NCBI GenBank assembly: GCA_024278175.1 | Contig: JAJRTS010000101.1 | Coordinates: 25,950-89,949 of the forward strand | Length of the DNA stretch: 64,000 nt | Origin: Gemmatimonadales bacterium | Lineage (GTDB): Bacteria > Gemmatimonadota > Glassbacteria > GWA2-58-10 | Direction of reading: 5' to 3' | Shown here: positions 37,313-46,482 of the stretch, piece after piece | Numbering within the stretch: the first letter of the stretch is position 1 | Layout of the letters: each line of letters begins with the position of its first letter | Position numbers and translations under genes: made by a program | Notes under the pieces: model-generated | Database searches by the model: none | Seen by the model: only the letters and a program-made list of their open reading frames with translations | What the model was told of the DNA's origin: nothing

Positions 37313-40300
37313 TTACTTGAGCAGCACCATCTTGCGGGTTGTCACGAAGTCGCCTGCCTTGATCCGATAGAAATAGACACCGGAGGAGACGTTTTCTCCG
37401 TTCTTGTCCCTGCCGTCCCACTGGACAACATAGCGGCCGGCATCCTTGGTCGCGTTAACCAGTGTCTTGACCACCTGACCACGGACATTGTAGATCTTCA
37501 ACTGGACCTGCACGGAGCTGGTCAAGTCGTTCGGAATGTCGTAGGAAATCGTGGTCGACGGGTTGAACGGGTTCGGGTAGTTCTGCCCCAGGGCGAAAGC
37601 CTTGGGCAGGTTCACACGAGCCACCTGGTCCTTGTCCTGAGACGCGGAGGCGTCGGTATCGGAAATCCGAACCACGTTCTGCGGGCTCTGGCCTGTCACC
37701 AGTGTACGGAAGGAAGTGCTGGCGCTGCCGTAGACCGCGCTGATACGCAGCTCATCGCCTCTATTCCACTCGTACACATCGCCGCTGGCTATCTTGAGGT
37801 TAGCCAGGTTGACGCTCCAGAAGCCTTCCTCATTTGTGACCGAAGTGACAATCCGGCTAAGCGCGTTATCCCGCTTGGACTCGAGATAGACCACCGCGCC
37901 AACCAAAGGCTCACCCCGCTCGTCCACCAGACGGCCGTATACGGTGTAAGGCATGCCGATACCGATCTTGCTGGTGCTGAACGTATACGGCTTGCCGTTG
38001 TCGTTATAGGTGACGCCGTTGGAGACTATCTCGTAGATGTACTCGGTCTCCGGCTTCAGACCCGTGATCGTCAGTACGCCGACACCTGAGACATCTTCTC
38101 CCGGGCGATAATCAACGTAATGAGTCAGCCCCTGACTGGCCTTGCCGTAGCGGACCTTGGTGGCGTTGGTGCCGCCGATCCAGCTAACCTTAGCCGCGGT
38201 GCTTGTCACATCGCTCAGGCGCATGTTGCTCACGTTTCCGGACAGCGTCGCCTTGCTCACATCAAGAGTGAGCGAAGGTGCGACAGTGCTGCTCTGGTTG
38301 TCGAACTTCTGACTGGCATTAGCCAGCACCACGGCGGCCGGAGCATTGATATCCCACTGCGTTGCCGCAGAGACCTGCAGCACGTAACCCTCGCTGGGGT
38401 CGATATGGAAGTCGTCTCCCATGAACGAGCCGTCATCGGGACTGATGAACGCGTCTGTGTACTGCTGGGTCTCCTCGTCGTAGCGACTGACGATCTCAGC
38501 GTTCAGCACGTTGGCCAGCAACGTTCTTGCGCTCCAGGCGTAGAACAGGCTCGAAATCTGGGCGGGACGGGCGATCCAGTACAGACCCGCGTTACCGAAC
38601 GTCATCGGGTCGAGCGCCGCGCCATAAATGCTACCGCTCAGGTTTACATATTCCTGCTGATCGACAGCCACGAAGTAAGCGCTGTAGTAGTTGCCGTCAG
38701 TATTGACCAGGTTCCAGTCGGAGTTGCCGATATACGGATCGCTGCCCGCGCTGATCGTCCTGATGATCGTTTCCAGCGAGGAGGTAGCGGTTACGTATCT
38801 GGTGATCGACGGGGTACCCGCGCTGATTTCTGTCAGCAATGCCTTGGCCGTCTGCGGCTCCGTGGTAAACAGCTTAACCGGGATGCCGATCAGGTTCAAC
38901 CCCACTTTGAAGCGAAGGTCGTAGTTGACCACGGCACTCAACAGAGTACCGCCTGTACCCTCGTTGATCAACTGGGGCGTCGTAGCTGCGCGAGTGGTGG
39001 TAAACACGGTGTAACCGTCATTCTTGTCGGCGGTGATTGTAACGATAAGGATATCACCTTCCTTATGCTGATACAGCCTGTCAGCCGTTCCGGATGTGTC
39101 GGTAACCGCGTTGCCCAGATCTATCACCCAGGAGCTGTCGGTGCCGACAGTGGCAGTCAACGGCAGAGTGGTATCGGCCAGGTTGTCCTTGTCCACTATC
39201 CTGATCGTAACCAGTGCTCCGTATGCGGCGCTGGTAGGAGTGTACACGTCCCCACCGACAGTAAACGTCTCACCGTTACTGTTCTGCGCGGGCGCGGTCT
39301 CGAACCTGAACGAACTGATCGCCGTGTTCCCGCTGTAGTCACGGTTGATCTTGGCCGGTTTGTAGGGGCCGTTAATCGTGCCGCTGCTGTCGCCGAAGAA
39401 CACCCTGCCATCCATCGCCAGCACGAAGCGATACGTGGTCGACGGAGCGAGATCGTTGACCTGCACCACGTGAATCTGGTCGGTGGTCTGGCTCGTACCG
39501 GTGTGAGTGGTCACCGATGACCGGTTATCCGAAGCCGTACCGTTGGCGTTCTTGATCACGAACACGGGATAGTAATTACCCGAACTGGCTTCGTCACTAT
39601 ACTCCGGAGCCGGAGAGATAGAACCAGCGGTATTTACCTGCAGGGTATCCGCGAACGTGGCCACTATCAGGCTGTCGCCGCCGGTGAAAGCGGTACGCCA
39701 CTTGATTGTCGCCGAGGTGGAAGTGATGTTGCCGATTTCCATGTTGAACACCGTATTCGTATCCGCGGCGGTAACAATATACGGATAGTAGGTCGGTGTG
39801 GCGAACACGGAGCTGCTAATCTCGATAGTATCCGGGGTGTAGGCGCTGATCGAATCGATAAAAGGCGATTCGGGGTTGCCCGGCGGTATCGTTACGTTGA
39901 TCCGGTCACGGCTCCAGGAATTGATCGTTGCCGCAAGGTTCTGGGCCGTGCCACTGCTGTTGCGCGCACGGAAAGTAACCCGGCTGGGAGTTGAACTCGA
40001 CACATCCATCAAGCCAAAACCTGAGCCGAAAATCGTGATGTCCTGGCCCGGGTAACCGCTGGGCGGATATATTTCGGCAACGTCCGGCGCCGGCGCCACG
40101 CGGAGCACCAGAGTTATCGTGGAGGTCTTCGGATCGGTAGGATCGCTGTCGGTCACACTGATCGGGTAATTGAAACTGACAGTGTCATCACTACTCAGGT
40201 TGATCACCAGCAGACCGTTCTGGTTAAACACTGTGCCCAGAGACGAGGTGGTGGTGAAAGTAAGTGCCGGTCCGAGCGAGTCGCCGATCAACGGATCGGG

Positions 40301-41899
40301 ATCGTACACGTACGCCGTGAACCAGAGCGAATCCACCGTACCGTTGGTCACCGCCAACGGGGTGAACGCTGGTACGCTGTCGGCATCAACCGTCGCGGGA
40401 TCATAAGCATACGTCAGCGTACTGTCTCTCGGCTTGCTGGAAGTATCCGGATCCCAGATCGGTGCCCTGTTGATATTGGCGATCACGAATCTGACCAGCG
40501 AGGTGTCCGAGTTGCTGCTGGCGTCGTTGACACGGACCTGCAAACTGGCCGTATCAGGAATACCAGCGCCGAGAGTATCCGCGATGTTGTATGCAACCTG
40601 CAGACGCACCTTGAACCCTGTGACAGTCGTACCGGTCTTAAGCGTATCGACGCTCAGAGCGAGACTGTCGGTTGCACTGGTAGTATCATTCATGAAATCG
40701 GACCAGCTGAGAATCTCAAAATCGATTGCCTGGTTCGAACCGCCGCCGCGAATGCTGTCCTGATCGGTAGCATAGAAAGTGACCTGAATGCTGTCACCTT
40801 CGCTGTAGTGCAGTACCGAATCAACACTCGCCGCGTAGGACTGCACGGTGCCTTCCGGACGGACCACATCGTGGGCCGTGAACGCCGGCGGCGGATTAGC
40901 TATCGAGTCGTTGACCAGGATAAACAGCGAGTCCGTACCGGTCGAAGGCGGAATACCATCGTCTGTCGCGGTGAAATAGATCACGTACAGGCTGTCCTTC
41001 AATTCACCCAGACCGACACCGATAGTGGCGCCGGAGCTGACCGTATCATCGGAGGACAGGGCAATCTGAGACGCGGTGGACCCGTTGGAGATATTGGCGT
41101 CAACGAAAAACCTGCCACCCCTCACACTGTTGTCATGGGTCCCGTCACCCTGGATAAAATTGGGTACCCAGGAAAAAATATTGGTGTTGAAGGTCGCCCC
41201 GCCGGGCAGAGTGCTGGGCACCACGCCGAAACGAGCGCCGTTGGCCGAGTCATTGGCCGGGTTGGCGATATCGAAGGCGTAACTTTTGGTCGAGAAATGT
41301 TTCTCGCTGAAAATACCCTGAGCATCGAAAGCGATAGAATCGTTATTCGGATCGGCGTAACCGGTCAAACGAATAACAAGGGAGTCTTCCTCGTAGATCG
41401 CGATAAAACCATTGCCGGCTTCGTACCACGGGTTACTGCCTGAAGCGCCAACATCGTCGGGGTCAAAACTACCGACTGCGGCGGAATACGCGCCCGGCAG
41501 GTTGGCGATAAACGCAAGCATCGGTTGCGCCAGGTCAACAGCTTGGCGCATGCCACCAAGAGTCAACCGGCCGTCGGCCGCATTACCCCTGGCGTTAATG
41601 CCGGTAGCTTCGGCCTTCGTCGCTGTGCGGTTACCGCCAGTTTCCGTGTAACCGAGAAACGCGGGATAATCGTCTATAGCCGCGCTGTAACCCAGATCAC
41701 CACCATAGAATATTCTGGTATTTCCGGTGGTGGAGTAATCCAGGTTCCGCAGAAACGGCTCACTACTGTCCGAAGGACTGAGGATCTCGAACGTAGTCGG
41801 CACTGGTGCGGTGTTTTGCGCATAAGTCGGCAAATATGAAACTGCAATCAGAAGAGGCAGTAAGGTGATAGCAACTGTCACCTTAAGCACGTATTTCAT
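37313..41899 (-). CDS. 1528-aa paralog of the 1497-aa surface protein, same module order and T9SS-type C-terminal domain
   Basis: Signal peptide ending TYAQNTAPVPTTF. Colinear blocks shared with the neighbour: LFILVNDSIANPPPAFT, IANINRAPIWDPD, DITIFGSGFGLMD, ITGLKPETEYIYEI, YTVYGRLVDERGEPL. C-terminus LGQNYPNPFNPSTTISY...SGVYFYRI...RKMVLLK. Confidence 0.85.
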   Translation of the reverse strand: MKYVLKVTVAITLLPLLIAVSYLPTYAQNTAPVPTTFEILSPSDSSEPFLRNLDYSTTGNTRIFYGGDLGYSAAIDDYPAFLGYTETGGNRTATKAEATGINARGNAADGRLTLGGMRQAVDLAQPMLAFIANLPGAYSAAVGSFDPDDVGASGSNPWYEAGNGFIAIYEEDSLVIRLTGYADPNNDSIAFDAQGIFSEKHFSTKSYAFDIANPANDSANGARFGVVPSTLPGGATFNTNIFSWVPNFIQGDGTHDNSVRGGRFFVDANISNGSTASQIALSSDDTVSSGATIGVGLGELKDSLYVIYFTATDDGIPPSTGTDSLFILVNDSIANPPPAFTAHDVVRPEGTVQSYAASVDSVLHYSEGDSIQVTFYATDQDSIRGGGSNQAIDFEILSWSDFMNDTTSATDSLALSVDTLKTGTTVTGFKVRLQVAYNIADTLGAGIPDTASLQVRVNDASSNSDTSLVRFVIANINRAPIWDPDTSSKPRDSTLTYAYDPATVDADSVPAFTPLAVTNGTVDSLWFTAYVYDPDPLIGDSLGPALTFTTTSSLGTVFNQNGLLVINLSSDDTVSFNYPISVTDSDPTDPKTSTITLVLRVAPAPDVAEIYPPSGYPGQDITIFGSGFGLMDVSSSTPSRVTFRARNSSGTAQNLAATINSWSRDRINVTIPPGNPESPFIDSISAYTPDTIEISSSVFATPTYYPYIVTAADTNTVFNMEIGNITSTSATIKWRTAFTGGDSLIVATFADTLQVNTAGSISPAPEYSDEASSGNYYPVFVIKNANGTASDNRSSVTTHTGTSQTTDQIHVVQVNDLAPSTTYRFVLAMDGRVFFGDSSGTINGPYKPAKINRDYSGNTAISSFRFETAPAQNSNGETFTVGGDVYTPTSAAYGALVTIRIVDKDNLADTTLPLTATVGTDSSWVIDLGNAVTDTSGTADRLYQHKEGDILIVTITADKNDGYTVFTTTRAATTPQLINEGTGGTLLSAVVNYDLRFKVGLNLIGIPVKLFTTEPQTAKALLTEISAGTPSITRYVTATSSLETIIRTISAGSDPYIGNSDWNLVNTDGNYYSAYFVAVDQQEYVNLSGSIYGAALDPMTFGNAGLYWIARPAQISSLFYAWSARTLLANVLNAEIVSRYDEETQQYTDAFISPDDGSFMGDDFHIDPSEGYVLQVSAATQWDINAPAAVVLANASQKFDNQSSTVAPSLTLDVSKATLSGNVSNMRLSDVTSTAAKVSWIGGTNATKVRYGKASQGLTHYVDYRPGEDVSGVGVLTITGLKPETEYIYEIVSNGVTYNDNGKPYTFSTSKIGIGMPYTVYGRLVDERGEPLVGAVVYLESKRDNALSRIVTSVTNEEGFWSVNLANLKIASGDVYEWNRGDELRISAVYGSASTSFRTLVTGQSPQNVVRISDTDASASQDKDQVARVNLPKAFALGQNYPNPFNPSTTISYDIPNDLTSSVQVQLKIYNVRGQVVKTLVNATKDAGRYVVQWDGRDKNGENVSSGVYFYRIKAGDFVTTRKMVLLK

Positions 41900-42103
41900 T
41901 TTTCTCTCCTTGAGAATAGTTCACTCTAAAAAAATAGTTCCCCTCCTGGAAACTAGCACTTCCTGCCGCTACCTCGAGTCGTAATAAATCAGCATAAATC
42001 CTCCTTGAGTTTGATAGTTGCATATCCTCTTTATTCCTTAATTTTGAAATGTTCGTTTTAGATCAGGGCCAAGTGAAGCTGATACACTTCTAGACATTTA
42101 GAC

Positions 42104-42125
42104 ATTATACTATTTTGTTAATCGG
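42104..42125 (-). promoter_or_regulatory. candidate -10 region (TATAAT) for the 1528-aa gene
   Basis: The minus strand reads ATTAACAAAATAGTATAATG (TATAAT at 42109-42104), 205 nt upstream of the ATG, in an AT-rich spacer. Context parallels 37067-37086. Confidence 0.35.
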
Positions 42126-43014
42126 CCTGCGGTCCTTAAACTTTAATTTTTTTGGACCATCAGCCGAACAGACAGAGTAACTGCACTTTTGTCGCTGCAG
42201 CTCTGCATCTCAGTTGTGTTTTCGCTTCCCTAAAAGGGAATTTTTTACCAGAATCCGATGCTCTGCCTCCCGCATAAGACCCAATTCGGCGGACAGACCC
42301 TTCTCCACCAGATGAGAACAGCCCGCTAACCGGAAACTCGGTCCGGCCCGGACGGGGCTCTTCCCGGGGATTAATTACACTTGGCCTCTCATCTATCAAT
42401 CGGCACCTGATCGCCATACTTTAGTTTTTATCCATGCCTGAATCCCCGGCTGATAACAGAACCGGCACATTCTCACCCCACGTCTGCTCCAGGCCCAGGC
42501 CTTGAAACCACGCATGGATCCGCTCATTTTTTGATGGACTGCCAAAAGCTGGACGGGCAAAGCACATCCTCATTCCGCCTATGCCATTATATAGATAACT
42601 TTACAAGACGCCTTGAAGATTAGCAGTTAGAAAAACGCAATGTTTATTCCAATTATCGCTCTCACGTTAAACGGCTCCACGGGAACAAGTTCCGTGTTTA
42701 TAACTACATTTGGACAGAATGAATGCACCGGTCGGTTTTTCTGGTGCCTGTTTCTGGTTCCCCGGGCTGATTGTCGGGCGGAACTGTACCGGAGACGGCT
42801 GGGGCGATACCTGGGCGTTTTCTCAATGCGGCAATTGCTTGAAATACAGACGTGGCCGACGATCGGTGGGCACTTCCCGCCACGCGGCTAATGAAGCGGG
42901 AGTTGAAAGGCCGGCTCACTCCAACGGCGGCCATCTGTCGCGATGACGGCCGGCGGCTGGTGATCGCCCGCAAAGGCTTTCAATGCATGGTTTCCTAAAG
43001 TAAGCGGAGGCTGC

Positions 43015-43455
43015 TCACCCGACAAGCAGAAAGAACATGGTGATTATCTGCCAGGTTCCAACCAGCAGAAACACCGCCGCCACCCAGAAATCGACAAACT
43101 GGTTTGGCGGAATAACCCACTCGAACACATCCTCCCGAGTCTCCAGATAGCCCTCCAGGGAACTCTCCTCCCCGAGAGCCTCACTTTCAGAGCCTTCGGT
43201 GGAGTACTGCTCGATAAGCTGATCTATCGCTTGTTCAGCCACGCGGTATTCCTCCATTGAATCCAGCCCGTACGCCATGCATCTCTTACGCTTATTATAA
43301 CACTTTTGCAGCCGCGAATACAACCAGGAGCGACAGCCGCTTCTTCGCGCGGTGCGAACTATTGATTGGCAAAGGACTGCCCACTCGAAGCACTCAGCCT
43401 CTGCTGTTTGAAACCGCGTACGGGCGAGCAGCCGTGCGCTTGGCTCGCCCTGCAT
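43015..43455 (-). CDS. hypothetical small acidic protein with C-terminal TM helix (start uncertain)
   Basis: An acidic segment (EQYSTEGSESEALGEESSLEGYLETRED) is followed by a hydrophobic tail FWVAAVFLLVGTWQIITMFFLLVG. The first 59 codons overlap the upstream ORF and look non-native; M60 at 43278 is an alternative start. Confidence 0.3.
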   Translation of the reverse strand: MQGEPSARLLARTRFQTAEAECFEWAVLCQSIVRTARRSGCRSWLYSRLQKCYNKRKRCMAYGLDSMEEYRVAEQAIDQLIEQYSTEGSESEALGEESSLEGYLETREDVFEWVIPPNQFVDFWVAAVFLLVGTWQIITMFFLLVG

Positions 43456-43837
43456 GACGGCGGCTGTCTCCGTACCGGTTGGCCTGGCGAGGACTGCGCA
43501 TCCTGACCTGTGTACGGATGAACTGCATCACCTGAAAGGCCAGTATTCCCATCAGCAGGAACAGCAGGGCCACTATCAACCCTTTTTCCTGCTTGTAATA
43601 CGGCACATGGCTGGTGAAAGGCAGCGCCACCAGGATCAGACCGGTACTGAAACAGAATACCGCGATCATGGCCAGTACCAGTTGAGTCAGTCCCTCACCC
43701 GGCGTGATCCGGCCGAGACGGACCTTGAGTCTTTGAAAAACGTGGTAACACAGGTATGCAAACGATGGCAGACAACCCGCCAGCACAAGCACAAGCAGCA
43801 TGCTTCCCATGAGAATTCCCTTTCTCTGGAAAATCAT
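43394..43837 (-). CDS. hypothetical small membrane protein (3-4 TM)
   Basis: Hydrophobic helices MLLVLVLAGCLPSFAYLCY, LTQLVLAMIAVFCFSTGLILVALPF and LIVALLFLLMGILAFQVMQF. The Arg-rich tail may be read-through. No family recognised. Confidence 0.4.
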   Translation of the reverse strand: MIFQRKGILMGSMLLVLVLAGCLPSFAYLCYHVFQRLKVRLGRITPGEGLTQLVLAMIAVFCFSTGLILVALPFTSHVPYYKQEKGLIVALLFLLMGILAFQVMQFIRTQVRMRSPRQANRYGDSRRHAGRAKRTAARPYAVSNSRG

Positions 43838-44034
43838 CCCTGATTCATGGAACTATGTACTGTGGAATGAGATACCTGATCGACCGCTTCCAGGAGGTTT
43901 TGAGGGGTCGAGAATCGATCCGTATCAGTCCACACAAGTAGCGAATCGTCCTGTCCGGACGTTTTCGCGCTTGTGTCAGATATCGGAATTCAGAGGGTCT
44001 GGCTTTAATTTTTATCTGAGAGCCCCGCTGTACG

Positions 44035-46482
44035 CTAACGCGCCACACGCCTTCGCACACGCGGCGGCAGGCTGGCCGGGTCAGAAAGGGTCCTGAGGCG
44101 CTCGTAATAGTCCATCGCCAGTTCTCTTTGCCCCAGAGCCCAGAGCGTATCGGCGGCCTCGAGCAAAACCGCGGCCGAGAGTGGAGCCGATTCCACCGCC
44201 CGGGCGTAAGCCGCCACACCCTGCTCCAATCGGCCCAGACGCACCAGCAGCCTGGCGATCGCCAGTTCGGTGTCCACCTGCGGTCCCTCCAGAGCACGAA
44301 CCCTGGCGTAGCTTTCCAGAGCGGCGTCGTATTGTCCCAGGGCGGTCCGCGCCCGGCCAAGGTTATACCAGGCGTCGGCATAGGCGCTGTCCAGCCCCAC
44401 GGCTGAAGAAAAATGCTCCGCCGCCGAGCGCAGGCTGTCCATCGCCTCCAGGACAACTCCGATATTATTTAATTGTAGTGGCGACCGGCCATCGCTTCCC
44501 TCGCCCGGTTCCCTGAACAGCCCAAGCGCCCGGGCGTGCCTGCCGCTGTGAAGGCAGGCGGCGGCCAGCCGCTCCAGCCGGTCCCGGCCAAGCCCGGCGC
44601 TGCCGATCTTATCGTAACCGCTCACGGCCTCTTCCCACTCCCCTCTGCCGAACGCCAGGTCAGCCGTGATCAAGGTCAGCTCGATACTATCGGCCCCGGC
44701 GCGCCGCGCCTTGCGTAAAGCCTCGTCCGCGGCCTCGTAGCTCCCTCCGGCGATAAGCCGGCCCGCGGCGGCGAGATAAACAACGCCCCCGCCCGATGAA
44801 CCGGCCGCCAGTGAATCGACAAGCTCCAGCGCCCGCTGAGGGTATCCCAACCGGACCAGCTCGTCTGCGGTATTCAGACCAAACTGCGTATCCCCGCCGC
44901 GCATCAGCGCCCACCGGACCAGATGTCCGGCCAGCTTCTCGCGCATGCCCAACCGGCGGTACACCTTGGCCATCTCCTCCATCTGCCCGGTCATACGCGG
45001 CTCGAACATGCGCTCCACCTGCTCGAAATGCGCCCGGGCAGCCGCGCTGTCACCCAGCGCGTCCTCGATCCGGCCCAGGTAATAGTGGCACATCAGATTG
45101 TCCCTGAAGCGGTTCGCGTTGCTGTAGGCTTCCTTTGCCTTGTGCAGCATCCCGAGACGGTAGTAGGCGTTAGCCAGCCCAAAATGGTTATACTGGTAAT
45201 TGCCGTGAGTGCTCACCGCCGAGCGCCAGAGCGACAACGAGTCCTTCCAGTGGCCGCAACGCTCGTGGGACATCGCCGCCAGCAGCGTCAACATCGCCGC
45301 CAGCAGCGCCCCGCTCACCCCACGGCGCAGCCCGCCGGAGCAAGCCCGGACCAGCCGGGCGATCCCCACCAGGGCCGCCAGGATCAAGCCCAGCGAGGGG
45401 ATAAAAAGATACCGGTCGGCCATGAACACGGCGATCGGCACCAGGCCGCTGACCGGCAGCAGGTTGAGCAGGAAAAACAACAACGCGAACGCCACCAGCC
45501 CGGCCCCTCGCCGCGCGGCCAGCCAGATACCCGCCACAAGCGAAACGTCCAGCGCCAGATAAAAAATCAGCCGCCAGTCGTAGTCGCCGAAAAAGAACGG
45601 TGGAGGATAACTGTGACAAAGGTTGACAGGTAACGCCATGTTGAGCAGGTAACGCCCCAGCACCGAGGCCATCGAGAGCATGTGGATCAGCATGCTCTCC
45701 TGGAGCCACTGGTCCCTGGCAGTAGTGGTCCCCAAAGCGAAATAGAGCGTTGCCAGCACTGTAAGGCTCAGGTAAGGCACCAGCCTCACCGCCGCCCGCC
45801 CGATCCGCCTGTCGGCGGCCGGAAACAACAGTTCCAGGGCCAGGACAACCAGCGGAAACGCCGCCACGCTCGGCTTGGAAAGCATCCCCAGCAGGAAACA
45901 CAGCAGGGCCGCCATGGAGTGCGCGTTAAACAGGCCACGCCCGCGGGAGCGAATATAAAAACCCAACGCCAGGAAATAAAACATCCCGGAGAGCAGTTCC
46001 TTGTTGCCGTTCATCCAGGCCACCGCCTCCACGTGCACGGGATGCACGGCGAACCAGGCAGTGCCCAGCGCCGCCCACAGTCGCGCTCCTGCTGGCCACT
46101 GTCCTCCCGCCAGCGGCAGCAGGAGCGTCAGCAGCCGGAACACCGCTGCCAGAGTGGCCAGGTAAAGCAGCAGATTGAACCAGTGGTAACCCGCGGGATC
46201 GAGCCCGCCCAGCTCATACACCACCTCCACCGCCAGATCGCGTAGCGGCTGGTAGGTAGCCATGCCGGTCGGGGTGAAGATTCTTTTGAGCGACCGCACG
46301 GACAGTCCCCGCTCAATCTGCTGGTTGCCGCGGGTGATTATCCCGTCGTCGTAGTTTACATAGCCGAACGAGCCGCTCTGGAAATAAATCGCCAGCACCG
46401 CCGCCACGCTCAGGCCAAGCACCAGCAGCCACAGCCGCGCTGTTTTTCCGCTCTCGCCCCGGATCTTGCCCGCACGGTTCAC
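44035..46482 (-). CDS. TMTC/DUF1736-like GT-C membrane glycosyltransferase-like protein with C-terminal TPR array (paralog 3)
   Basis: About 400-aa polytopic N-terminal half with first-loop acidic motif FGYVNYDDGIITRGN, FAVHPVHVEAVAWMNGNKELL and ADRYLFIPSLGL. About 400-aa TPR C-terminal half. GTG start forms a GTGA overlap with the upstream paralog stop. Confidence 0.75.
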   Translation of the reverse strand: MNRAGKIRGESGKTARLWLLVLGLSVAAVLAIYFQSGSFGYVNYDDGIITRGNQQIERGLSVRSLKRIFTPTGMATYQPLRDLAVEVVYELGGLDPAGYHWFNLLLYLATLAAVFRLLTLLLPLAGGQWPAGARLWAALGTAWFAVHPVHVEAVAWMNGNKELLSGMFYFLALGFYIRSRGRGLFNAHSMAALLCFLLGMLSKPSVAAFPLVVLALELLFPAADRRIGRAAVRLVPYLSLTVLATLYFALGTTTARDQWLQESMLIHMLSMASVLGRYLLNMALPVNLCHSYPPPFFFGDYDWRLIFYLALDVSLVAGIWLAARRGAGLVAFALLFFLLNLLPVSGLVPIAVFMADRYLFIPSLGLILAALVGIARLVRACSGGLRRGVSGALLAAMLTLLAAMSHERCGHWKDSLSLWRSAVSTHGNYQYNHFGLANAYYRLGMLHKAKEAYSNANRFRDNLMCHYYLGRIEDALGDSAAARAHFEQVERMFEPRMTGQMEEMAKVYRRLGMREKLAGHLVRWALMRGGDTQFGLNTADELVRLGYPQRALELVDSLAAGSSGGGVVYLAAAGRLIAGGSYEAADEALRKARRAGADSIELTLITADLAFGRGEWEEAVSGYDKIGSAGLGRDRLERLAAACLHSGRHARALGLFREPGEGSDGRSPLQLNNIGVVLEAMDSLRSAAEHFSSAVGLDSAYADAWYNLGRARTALGQYDAALESYARVRALEGPQVDTELAIARLLVRLGRLEQGVAAYARAVESAPLSAAVLLEAADTLWALGQRELAMDYYERLRTLSDPASLPPRVRRRVAR

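Noticed and set aside
42160-42973. ORF-track entries 42160-42417(-), 42640-42891(+), 42704-42973(-) and 42710-42946(+).
   Set aside because: They mutually overlap, have no RBS-like context, and give Arg/Ser/Gly/Cys-rich non-protein-like translations. The region is treated as non-coding or decayed (see finding).
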